Positions 9,010-16,531 of a DNA stretch of 16,531 nucleotides are shown in pieces (positions within the stretch are counted from its first letter, which is position 1; the number at the start of each line of letters is the position of its first letter). A program made the translations under genes and the position numbers. The notes under the pieces were generated by a model, which was given only the letters and a program-made list of their open reading frames with translations, did no database searches and was not told where the DNA came from. Origin of the DNA: Planctomycetota bacterium (GTDB lineage Bacteria > Planctomycetota > UBA1135 > UBA2386); the NCBI GenBank assembly GCA_947501605.1, contig CANMWZ010000057.1:1-16531 (forward strand), written 5' to 3'.

Positions 9010-10353
9010 TTGGACGTCCTCCACGTCATCCACCAGTTCCCTCCCGAGACCCACGGCGGCAGCGAGTCGTATGTCCTCGACCTCGCCCAGCTCCAACGCG
9101 CCGCCGGGCTCGATGCGCAGGTGCTGACCGGCAGCATGGTCTGGCAGCCGCAGATCACGGTCGACAGCTACGAGACCCACGGCATCCCGGTCCGCCGCAT
9201 CCATCGCGACGATTCGTACTTCGACCACCACGTCAAGGTCTGGCACCCGGGCATCGCCGCCCGCTTTGCGCAACTGCTCGACGAACTGCGCCCCAAGGTG
9301 ATTCACGTGCACCAGTGGCTGCGGCTCACGAGCGACTTGATCGCGACGGCGCACGCGCGGGGCATCCCCGCCGTGGTCCAGCTGCACGACGTCTACACCA
9401 GCTGCCCGCGGGCGTTCCGCTCTCGCCACGATGACCCCGCCTGCATGCGGCCCGTGTCGGGCGCGAGCTGTTGGGACTGCGTGCCACGCTACGGGCACGA
9501 GCCGCGCAGCGAACTCGAGGAGGGCGTCGAGCTGTTTGCTGCCAGCCTGCGTCGCGAACTGGCGCTCGCCCACACCGTGCTCGTCGCCGTACCGGCGATC
9601 GGCGACCTGATTGCGGCCGGTGCAGGCATGCCGCGCGAGCGTTACCGCGACCTGACCTTGGGGTATCGGCCGAGATTTCACGGCTTGCCCAGGCTCGAAG
9701 AGCCGAGCCCCGACGAACCGGTGCGCTTTGCTTTCTGGGGCGGCGTCGGCAAGCACAAGGGGGTGCACGTGATCGTCGAGGCAATGCAGAAACTCGCCGC
9801 CGCGGGCACTCGCGCCGAGCTCCACGTGCTGGGGGGCGTGGACACGCCGGAGTACGATGCGCAACTGCGTGCGCTCGCTACGGGGCTGCCGGTCACCTTC
9901 CATGGGCCGTTCACGGCGGCGCAGTTGCACGCGGTTCGGCCGCACGTGGGCGTCTTTCCGAGCATGTGCATCGAGACCTTCGGGTTTGTGCTCGACGAGT
10001 GCTTCGAACTCGGCCTGCCTTGCATCGTCAGCGATATCGGTGCCTTCCCGCACCGGATCGGCAGTGGCGGGTTGGTGACGCGGGTCGGCGATGCGGCGTC
10101 CCTGGCGGCGGCGATGACCCGGATGGTCTTGGAGCCGCGCTTGCGCGAACGGCTGAAGGCAGCCCTTCCGCCGGCCTCGCCAACCATGGAAGAGCACTGC
10201 CGGCAGATCACGGCCATCTACCACGAGGCGCAGACCACGGCGGGCCCCGTTCCGTGTGCTGCGGAGGTGCCGGTGCTCCGGCGGCTTCGCTACTTGATGG
10301 CGCAGCGGGACTCGGCGTTTTCCCACCTGATCCCCAAGTCCGGGTTCCAGTAA
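9010..10353 (+). CDS. Glycosyltransferase family 4 (GT-B fold)
   Basis: N-terminal DVLHVIHQFPPETHGGSE-x-Y (TTG start at 9010 chosen; GTG 9001 possible), VIHVHQ, LHD, HKGVHV, and the E-x7-E motif PSMCIETFGFVLDE. Confidence 0.88.
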   Translation: MDVLHVIHQFPPETHGGSESYVLDLAQLQRAAGLDAQVLTGSMVWQPQITVDSYETHGIPVRRIHRDDSYFDHHVKVWHPGIAARFAQLLDELRPKVIHVHQWLRLTSDLIATAHARGIPAVVQLHDVYTSCPRAFRSRHDDPACMRPVSGASCWDCVPRYGHEPRSELEEGVELFAASLRRELALAHTVLVAVPAIGDLIAAGAGMPRERYRDLTLGYRPRFHGLPRLEEPSPDEPVRFAFWGGVGKHKGVHVIVEAMQKLAAAGTRAELHVLGGVDTPEYDAQLRALATGLPVTFHGPFTAAQLHAVRPHVGVFPSMCIETFGFVLDECFELGLPCIVSDIGAFPHRIGSGGLVTRVGDAASLAAAMTRMVLEPRLRERLKAALPPASPTMEEHCRQITAIYHEAQTTAGPVPCAAEVPVLRRLRYLMAQRDSAFSHLIPKSGFQ

Positions 10354-10426
10354 GCCCACGTGGGGCAAAAACGTCCGTGTCCCGCCGCTTGCGCACATTC
10401 GATCCGTTTGCCACTCTGCCCGACCC

Positions 10427-11212
10427 ATGTTGTCGATTGGCAGCCCCGCCCCCTCGTTCTCACTTCCAGATCAGGACGGCAAACCCGTCACACTCAGCGA
10501 GCTCGCCGGTCGCTGGGTGGTGCTCTACTTCTACCCGCGCGACGACACGCCGGGGTGCACGATCGAGGCCTGCGAGTTCACGAACGCACTGCCGAACTTC
10601 AGCAAGATGAACGCCGAGGTTTTCGGCTGCAGCGCCGACGGCGCGAGCGCGCACCTCAAGTTCATCGCCAAGCACGAGCTCGGCATCCGCTTGCTGACCG
10701 ATGCCGACAAGCGCGTGATGAATGCCTATGGCGCCTTCGGCAAGAAGGTCATGTATGGCAAGGAAGTCGAAGGCGTGATCCGTTCGACGGTGATCATCGA
10801 TCCGCACGGCAAAGTCGCGCATCACTGGCCCAAGGTCTCGGCGGCTGGTCACGCGGCCGAGGTCGGGCACAAGCTCGCGGAGTTGCGCGGTGACGTGATC
10901 CCGACGCCGACACCAGTGCCGGTGTTGCAGGGTGCACCGATCGCGAAGCAGCCGGGCATGAAGCCAAAGGCGTCGAAGACGGCGAAGACCGCGAAGACGA
11001 CGAAGACCGCGAAGACGGCGAAGGCGACGAAGGGCAAGAAGCCGGCGAGAGCCACCAAGCCCGCGAAGGTCGCGAAGGTCGCGATCGCGAAGCAACCCGC
11101 CAAGAAGTCGAAGTCGGCTCCGGTGAAGCAGCCCGCCAAGAAGCCGGCGAAGGCCAGCAAGAAGCCGGCGAAGAAGCCTGCCCCGGTTGCCCGCAAGCAG
11201 GCGCGCCGCTGA
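10427..11212 (+). CDS. bcp: Peroxiredoxin BCP/PrxQ with C-terminal histone-H1-like Lys/Ala/Pro-rich tail
   Basis: VVLYFYPRDDTPGCTIEACEF (P-x3-T-x2-C with resolving Cys, CxxxxC) and RST-x-IIDP-x-GK. After ~155 aa comes a ~105-aa KTAK/PAKK tail. Confidence 0.9.
   Translation: MLSIGSPAPSFSLPDQDGKPVTLSELAGRWVVLYFYPRDDTPGCTIEACEFTNALPNFSKMNAEVFGCSADGASAHLKFIAKHELGIRLLTDADKRVMNAYGAFGKKVMYGKEVEGVIRSTVIIDPHGKVAHHWPKVSAAGHAAEVGHKLAELRGDVIPTPTPVPVLQGAPIAKQPGMKPKASKTAKTAKTTKTAKTAKATKGKKPARATKPAKVAKVAIAKQPAKKSKSAPVKQPAKKPAKASKKPAKKPAPVARKQARR
10976..11029 (+). repeat. In-frame 9-bp tandem repeat, 6 units, encoding KTA/KTT/KAT
   Basis: aagacggcg aagaccgcg aagacgacg aagaccgcg aagacggcg aaggcgacg. Confidence 0.9.
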
Positions 11213-11309
11213 GTCTTCGGGCGCACCCGCGCCCGCGTTCCCGGTGGTTGCCGCTAGGGCTGCGTGCCGCCCACGTCCCGCGCCGCGCAGAGCCGCCGCC
11301 ACGCGCCCG

Positions 11310-11338
11310 TTGGTGCCTGCTTGCTGCCTCGCTACACT
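11310..11338 (+). promoter_or_regulatory. Possible sigma-70-type promoter for icd
   Basis: TTGGTG-N17-TACACT, 33 bp upstream of the icd ATG. The -35 match is weak. Confidence 0.3.
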
Positions 11339-11371
11339 GCTCGGCCCACATTCCGCCGAGAGCAGATTCCT

Positions 11372-12595
11372 ATGGCCGAACGCATCACCATGTCCAAGTC
11401 GGGCCTCCACGTGCCCGACCAGCCCATTCTCCCGTTCATTGAAGGCGACGGCACCGGTCGCGACATCTGGCGCGCATCGGTGCGAGTCCTCGACGCCGCG
11501 GTCCAGAAGGCCTACGGCGGCAAGCGCAAGATCGCATGGAAGCAGGTGCTCGCTGGTGAGGCCGCGTTCCAGCAGACGGGCAACTGGTTGCCGGACGAGA
11601 CCGTGCAGGCGTTCCGCGACTGCCTCGTCGGCATCAAGGGTCCGCTGACCACGCCGGTCGGCGGTGGCATCCGCAGCCTCAACGTGGCGCTGCGTCAGAT
11701 GCTCGATCTCTACACCTGCCTGCGCCCGGTGCGCTGGTTCAAGGGCGTGCCGTCGCCGGTCAAGGAGCCGCACAAGACCGACATGGTCATCTTCCGTGAG
11801 AACACGGAGGACATCTACGCAGGCATCGAGTTCCAAGAGGGCACCGAGGACTGCAAGCGCTTCCGCACGATGCTGCAGGAAGCCTTCCCCAAGCAGTTCA
11901 GCAAGGTTCGCTTCCCGGACAGCAGCGGCTTCGGCATCAAGCCGGTGTCGCGCGAAGGCACCGAGCGCCTCGTGCGTGCGGCCATTGAGTACGCGCTCGC
12001 CAACAACCGCGACTCGGTCACCTTAGTGCACAAGGGCAACATCATGAAGTTCACCGAGGGTGGCTTCCGCGACTGGGGCTACGGCCTCGCCAAGAACGAG
12101 TACGGCGCGCAGGACCTCGACGGCGGCCCGTGGCAGGTCATCAACAAGAACGGCAAGAAGCTCATCATCAAGGACGTGATCGCCGACGCGTTTCTGCAGC
12201 AGATCCTGCTGCGCCCCGCCGAGTACTCGGTGGTTGCGACGCTCAACCTCAACGGCGACTACATCAGCGACGCGCTCGCGGCGCAGGTGGGCGGCATCGG
12301 CATCGCGCCGGGCGGCAACGTCAACTACGTGACCGGCCACGCGGTGTTCGAAGCGACGCACGGCACGGCGCCGAAGTACGCCGACCAGGACAAGGTCAAC
12401 CCGGGCTCGGTCATCCTCAGCGGCGAGATGATGTTCCGCTACCTGAAGTGGAACGAGGCCGCGGACCTGATCCTGAAGGGCATGGACGGCGCCATCGCCA
12501 AGAAGCAGGTGACCTACGACTTCGCCCGTCTGATGGACGGCGTGAAGGAGATCAAGTGCTCGGAGTTCGCCGACGCAGTCATCGCCTCGATGTGA
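11372..12595 (+). CDS. icd: NADP-dependent isocitrate dehydrogenase (E. coli-type homodimeric)
   Basis: [65 protein letters not shown] and [10 protein letters not shown] (KY is the NADP-type signature). Start placed at ATG 11372. Confidence 0.97.
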   Translation: MAERITMSKSGLHVPDQPILPFIEGDGTGRDIWRASVRVLDAAVQKAYGGKRKIAWKQVLAGEAAFQQTGNWLPDETVQAFRDCLVGIKGPLTTPVGGGIRSLNVALRQMLDLYTCLRPVRWFKGVPSPVKEPHKTDMVIFRENTEDIYAGIEFQEGTEDCKRFRTMLQEAFPKQFSKVRFPDSSGFGIKPVSREGTERLVRAAIEYALANNRDSVTLVHKGNIMKFTEGGFRDWGYGLAKNEYGAQDLDGGPWQVINKNGKKLIIKDVIADAFLQQILLRPAEYSVVATLNLNGDYISDALAAQVGGIGIAPGGNVNYVTGHAVFEATHGTAPKYADQDKVNPGSVILSGEMMFRYLKWNEAADLILKGMDGAIAKKQVTYDFARLMDGVKEIKCSEFADAVIASM

Positions 12596-12657
12596 TCGCT
12601 GCTCGCGCGCCGATTGCAGCGCGCACCGTGCCGATGGAGGCTGGCGTCTGGGTCCAG

Positions 12658-12706
12658 AAAAAAAGAACGACGCGAGTCGCCTGAGGAGTGGCGGCGCGCG
12701 TCGTTC
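12658..12706 (-). terminator. Intrinsic terminator, copy 1
   Basis: Minus strand GAACGACGCG-C-GCCGCC-ACTCCTCA-GGCGAC-T-CGCGTCGTTC followed by T7. The 10-bp outer stem is perfect. Confidence 0.8.
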
Positions 12707-12831
12707 AGGTGCTGACAGCAACTCGACCACCGCGAAGAGGCCGAGAAGTTCGTCGCGCAGCAGCCCCCCGAGCTCTTGGACTCAGGACTCGGAGACTCGT
12801 TGCGACTCACTCGAGGAGCCGCTGCGCGACG
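12658..12831 (-). ncRNA. Putative sigma-54-dependent structured small RNA, copy 1 (~175 nt)
   Basis: Bounded by the sigma-54 promoter and an intrinsic terminator. 22-bp 5' stem (12751-12831) begins at the predicted +1, a second 7-bp stem follows, and there is no credible internal ORF. Confidence 0.7.
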
Positions 12832-12910
12832 TGAGCCATAGAGCAATGGCTGTGCCAGCGCTGCGCAGTGGTCGAATGCGCGTTTCGGCGACAGCGCTTG
12901 CGGCGCGCCA
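12665..12910. repeat. Direct repeat copy 1 (246 bp; weaker similarity extends to ~12960)
   Basis: Ungapped match to 13126-13371 at offset 461, with 9 mismatches by manual comparison. Confidence 0.95.
12842..12857 (-). promoter_or_regulatory. Sigma-54 (RpoN) -24/-12 promoter, copy 1
   Basis: Minus strand reads TGGCAC-AGCCA-TTGCT, a perfect TGGCAC-N5-TTGCW. Predicted +1 near 12831. Confidence 0.85.
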
Positions 12911-13117
12911 TGTCGTCTCGTGCGTCATGCCGAACGCGGCGTGTGCGCGGCGCGGACGCGATGCGCGGGCGTCTGCCGGCGGTGGGCTCGCCGAGGTCGG
13001 CGCACAAGGCAGTGTTGCGGGCGTCGCGGCTGCTGCACCATCTCCACGAGGCACAACTCTCCACCCGTCACAGCGGACGCCACGAGTGAGAACCGCGCAC
13101 GGCAAAGAGGGCGGCGC

Positions 13118-13167
13118 AAAAAGACGAACGACGCGAGTCGCCTGAGGAGTGGCGGCGCGCGTCGTTC
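13118..13167 (-). terminator. Intrinsic terminator, copy 2
   Basis: Identical hairpin followed by GTCTTTTT on the minus strand. Confidence 0.7.
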
Positions 13168-13292
13168 AGGTGCTGACAGGAGCTCGACCACCGCGAAGAG
13201 GCCGAGAAGTTCGTCGCGCAGCAGCCCCCCGAGCTTTGGGACTCAGGACTCGGAGACTCGTTGCGACTCACTCGAGGAGCCGCTGCGCGACG
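13118..13292 (-). ncRNA. Putative sigma-54-dependent structured small RNA, copy 2 (~175 nt)
   Basis: Same architecture as copy 1. The four internal differences fall in loop or linker positions. Confidence 0.7.
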
Positions 13293-13371
13293 TGAGCCAT
13301 AGAGCAATGGCCGTGCCAGCGCCGCGCGGTGATCCAATGCGCGTTTCGGCGACAGCGCTTGCGGCGCGCCA
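13126..13371. repeat. Direct repeat copy 2
   Basis: Ungapped match to 12665-12910. Confidence 0.95.
13303..13318 (-). promoter_or_regulatory. Sigma-54 (RpoN) -24/-12 promoter, copy 2
   Basis: Minus strand reads TGGCAC-GGCCA-TTGCT. The only difference from copy 1 lies in the N5 spacer. Predicted +1 near 13292. Confidence 0.85.
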
Positions 13372-13846
13372 AGTTGCGTTGTGCGTCGGAGCGCACGCCC
13401 CGTGTGCGCTACGCATACGCAGGCCGGTGGGAACGCAGGGCGCACGGCGCACGGCGCACGCAGCTAGCGGCAACAGCAGCAGCTGCTGATGCAGGTGCCG
13501 CGCATTCGCAGTGATGCAGCAAGCCTTCCACTCCGGCAGGCGAAGGGCATCGCCGTAGAAAAGAGCATGCGCTCGCGAGCATGCGAGCTCGCGAGCGCAC
13601 ACCGGCCAGGAGCGCTGTAGTTCGTGGTCTCGGTGGTGCGCGACCAAGTGGTTTCGACTCGAGTCCGCCAGTGCCCGCGTGGTGCGCGGCCCGACGAACT
13701 GCTGAAGACAGGCTTGCCGCGGAAGAAGCAACGAGTGTGCCGGAGCTCAAATGTCCTCGTTGCGAACGCCGGCCATGCGGCGCGAGGCGACGGTGTCCGC
13801 AAGGCGCGCAGGGCAGCGACGGAAGGCTGCGCGCGACCCTCGGACA

Positions 13847-16531
13847 TCAGGCATCGTCGTCGTCGTCGTCCGCGCACGGCGCCACGGCCCATTCGGGATA
13901 CGGCTCGGCACTTCCGCGCATCGCGCGCCACAGGATGCGGTTGAGCGTGTCCTCGGGGGCGCGGTCGATCTCGCGGAAGTTCAGCGACTCGGAGACCTCG
14001 GCATCGCGCCGCAGCTGCGGATCGAGGATCGCCGTCTTGGCCGGGCTCTTCTCGTCGAGCGGCACGTTGCTCGGCAGCGCCGTGAACGGCGTGTAGTCCG
14101 GCGTTTCGGTGAAGCACTCCGTCATCGGCGAGGCGCTGGCGTCGAACACGTTCATCGGTGGGATGCCGAGGACTTGTTCGATCGTGCGCAACACGCTCGT
14201 GGTGTTGTACTGGTGACTGACGGTGACACCGCGCTTGCAGAACGGGCTCGCGAGGTAGCACGTGGTGCGATAGCCGCTGACGTGGTCCCAGCCGTTCTGC
14301 GGGTCGTCCTCGATGCCGATCACGAGCGAACTGCCCCAGAAGCGCGACTTGCTGATCCCTTCGACGATGCGTCCGAACGCGAGGTCGTTGTCGGCGAGGT
14401 AGGCCGCAGGCGAAGGCCATTTCGGCGAGGTGCCGTTGGTGTGGTCGTTGGGCAGGCAGATCAACACGAGCTGCGGCATCGTGCCGTCGCGTTCCCACGT
14501 CGCGAGATCCTCGAGGAAGCGATCGGCGCGCAGCTGGTCGGGCACGGCCATGTTCCAGCCGACGGTGTCGAGGCGACTGTGCGGCACGAGCGACGGCAGC
14601 GAGGCCGTGCACGCGAACACGACGTCATCGCCCTTGTCGCGCCACGCGCGGAAGCACGCGTCGAAGGACGGCTCGCCCTTCCTGCCGTCGCGCCACGTGA
14701 CGGCGGGCATGCAGAACTCGCCGTAGTTGCGCAACGTGACGCCGCGCGCGATCGCGTGGTCCCACAGGAAGCCGGCAGGCGAATACGACAGCGCGTCGAC
14801 CTCGTTTTCGCCCATGCCGTCGGGATAGCTGCGCGGCCACCCGGCGAAGCTCTTCTCGAGGTAATGGCTCGCGAACGCAGCCGTGCTCCACTGGTGACCG
14901 TCGGCGCTGAGGATGCCCGCGCAGTAGGTGTTGTCGAGCAACACGAACTGCCGCGCGATGGCGTGCTGGTTCGGCGTGATGCGCTCGCCGAACACGCACA
15001 GGCTCGGATCGCCGTTGCCCTCTTTCATGTCACCGAGGACCTGGTCATAGGTGCGGTTCTCCTTGATGACGTAGACGACGTGCTCGATGCGGCTCGGCTC
15101 ACCGATGCGCTCGGGGATCGCGCGCGCAGCCACGCCGTCGCGCGGCGGCAGCAGTGCCTGCTCGATCGTCTCGGCGCGCAGGTTGACGTCGACCTTCGCG
15201 GTCAGCTCGGCGAGCTCGTCGTCGGAAGGCACGGGCACGATCGACAGCGAACCGTGGTACTGGTGCGTGTTGAACTCGTTGCCCTTGCCCTCGCGCGCGC
15301 GGCCGAAGGGCAGACCCTTCACGTTGGCGGCGATCACGCGTTCGCGCTCGGCGTCGAAGGCGAGCGCACCGGGATACCAACCGACGGGCACGTAGCCGAG
15401 CACGCGGCTGTCACCCTTGTCCTCGGGCTCGAACTGCAGCACGGCGATCGCATTCATCGACGCATTGGCAACGAACAGGCGCTCGCCGTCCTCGTCGAAG
15501 CAGAGCGACGACGGCGTGGCGGTCAGCAGGTCCGAGGGTTTGCCGCGCGCCCACAGGGTCTCGACGAGCGCACCGGTCGTTGCGTCGAGCACGGACAACG
15601 TGTCGCTGCCGGGATTGGCGCTGACGACGAAGTCGCCGTCGGGCGAGACGGCGAGGCCGGCGCACGACAGGCCGGTGATCGTCTCGGTGACGACGTGGAA
15701 GCGCGCGAGGTCGATCACGCTGACGCTGCCCTCGCTGGCGATGTGGCGCACGGGATCGACGCGCACGGTCGTGCCGCGGCCGGCGGGACCGGTGAGGTCG
15801 CCGTTCGCAGGCCTTCGCCCGCCCTGGTTGCTGACGAACAGCTTGTCGCCGGCGAGCACGACGTCGTACGGCGCGACGCCGACGTCGATGCGGCGCAACT
15901 CGGTACCTGTCTTGGCATCGAGTTCGAGGAGGCGGTTGCCGAGATTGCCGCACACCCAGAGGCGCGCACCGTCGGGCGACACGGCGATGCCGGCGGGGAT
16001 CTCGGCCTCGCGGCCGGGCGCGTTCGCGGGCGGCAACGGGATCGAATGCGACGCGGTCACGGTGCCGTCGTCGGCGACGGCGAAGACCTTGATCGAGCCC
16101 TGCACGTTCGCGAGCCAGATCGTGCGGCCGTCGGGCGAGACGCAGAGGCCGGTGTAGCTGACCTGGGAGTCCTTCTCGGGCGCGAGTTCGCGATCGCTGG
16201 GCTTGTTCGCAGGCTCGCGCAGCTTGTCGCTCGGCAGCTTGACGCGTTGGAGCAATGCGCCGTCGTCGGCGGACAGCACGACCAGTTCGCTGGTCTTGCC
16301 GGAGACGTAGATGCGCGAACCGTCGCGCGAGAGCGCGGTGACCTGCGGGCGCAGGCCGGCGAGGTCGACGTAACCGCCGTGCGGGGTGAGGAGTTGGTTG
16401 ACGGGGGTTTGTTGGGTGCCGGAGGGCTGGCGGCCGACGGGGGCTGTGGGGGCCGGCGGGAGTGGGCGCGGGCGCGCGGAGCACGCGGCGAAGAAGGATG
16501 CGGCGAAGGCGGCGGCGAGACGGAGTCGCAT
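13847..16531 (-). CDS. Lipoprotein, bifunctional YVTN/YncE beta-propeller + phosphoesterase (alkaline-phosphatase superfamily)
   Basis: Signal peptide with lipobox FAA-C. Propeller repeats (SPDG...VG-x-AP, VPVGWYP). Phosphoesterase motifs HVVYVIKENRTYDQVLGD, SADGHQW, LPNDHT, DND and EDD-x-Q-x-G-x-DHV. The ATG lies exactly at the window edge. Confidence 0.88.
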   Translation of the reverse strand: MRLRLAAAFAASFFAACSARPRPLPPAPTAPVGRQPSGTQQTPVNQLLTPHGGYVDLAGLRPQVTALSRDGSRIYVSGKTSELVVLSADDGALLQRVKLPSDKLREPANKPSDRELAPEKDSQVSYTGLCVSPDGRTIWLANVQGSIKVFAVADDGTVTASHSIPLPPANAPGREAEIPAGIAVSPDGARLWVCGNLGNRLLELDAKTGTELRRIDVGVAPYDVVLAGDKLFVSNQGGRRPANGDLTGPAGRGTTVRVDPVRHIASEGSVSVIDLARFHVVTETITGLSCAGLAVSPDGDFVVSANPGSDTLSVLDATTGALVETLWARGKPSDLLTATPSSLCFDEDGERLFVANASMNAIAVLQFEPEDKGDSRVLGYVPVGWYPGALAFDAERERVIAANVKGLPFGRAREGKGNEFNTHQYHGSLSIVPVPSDDELAELTAKVDVNLRAETIEQALLPPRDGVAARAIPERIGEPSRIEHVVYVIKENRTYDQVLGDMKEGNGDPSLCVFGERITPNQHAIARQFVLLDNTYCAGILSADGHQWSTAAFASHYLEKSFAGWPRSYPDGMGENEVDALSYSPAGFLWDHAIARGVTLRNYGEFCMPAVTWRDGRKGEPSFDACFRAWRDKGDDVVFACTASLPSLVPHSRLDTVGWNMAVPDQLRADRFLEDLATWERDGTMPQLVLICLPNDHTNGTSPKWPSPAAYLADNDLAFGRIVEGISKSRFWGSSLVIGIEDDPQNGWDHVSGYRTTCYLASPFCKRGVTVSHQYNTTSVLRTIEQVLGIPPMNVFDASASPMTECFTETPDYTPFTALPSNVPLDEKSPAKTAILDPQLRRDAEVSESLNFREIDRAPEDTLNRILWRAMRGSAEPYPEWAVAPCADDDDDDA

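Noticed and set aside
10460..11836. Long antisense or alternative-frame ORFs (also 8806..10428, 8127..9158, 2390..3133, 15411..16484)
   Set aside because: They are shadows of genuine genes, caused by GC3-biased codon usage.
12807..12839. Mini-ORF MAHVAQRLLE on the minus strand in both repeat copies
   Set aside because: Its ATG lies between the -12 box and the predicted +1, so it is not in the sigma-54 transcript, and it has no RBS. It would matter only if read-through transcripts exist.
12665..13371. Direct repeats as a CRISPR array, IS ends or tRNA genes
   Set aside because: There are only two 246-bp units, no short repeat-spacer periodicity, no cas or transposase gene, and no cloverleaf or T-loop motif.
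12514..13750. Several overlapping ORFs of 60-190 aa in the icd-phosphoesterase interval
   Set aside because: They have Arg/Ala/Ser-rich GC-noise composition and no motifs, and the frames are not preserved between copies outside the repeat.

Overview
High-GC bacterial DNA. The protein styles (kelch protein with a characteristic C-terminal domain, TM-anchored carboxypeptidase-regulatory-like repeat protein) suggest Planctomycetota, which is an inference. In order: a 5'-truncated kelch-repeat protein; a probable degraded outer-membrane beta-barrel remnant; a minus-strand two-gene chemoreceptor unit (stand-alone Aer/CetB-like PAS protein plus a soluble HAMP-MCP with a group I truncated haemoglobin fused at its C-terminus); a SAM methyltransferase; a DinB-family protein; a large membrane-anchored protein; a GT4 glycosyltransferase; a BCP/PrxQ peroxiredoxin with a histone-H1-like Lys/Ala/Pro tail; icd; a 1.25-kb non-coding interval; and a lipoprotein beta-propeller/phosphoesterase. 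The non-coding interval holds two ~96% identical tandem units with a 461-bp period. Each has a perfect sigma-54 promoter, a ~175-nt three-stem-loop transcript with four GAGUC motifs in a large loop, and an intrinsic terminator, so they look like a pair of unannotated sRNA genes. These sRNA units, the PAS/MCP-globin pair and the peroxiredoxin-histone-like fusion are the most interesting elements.
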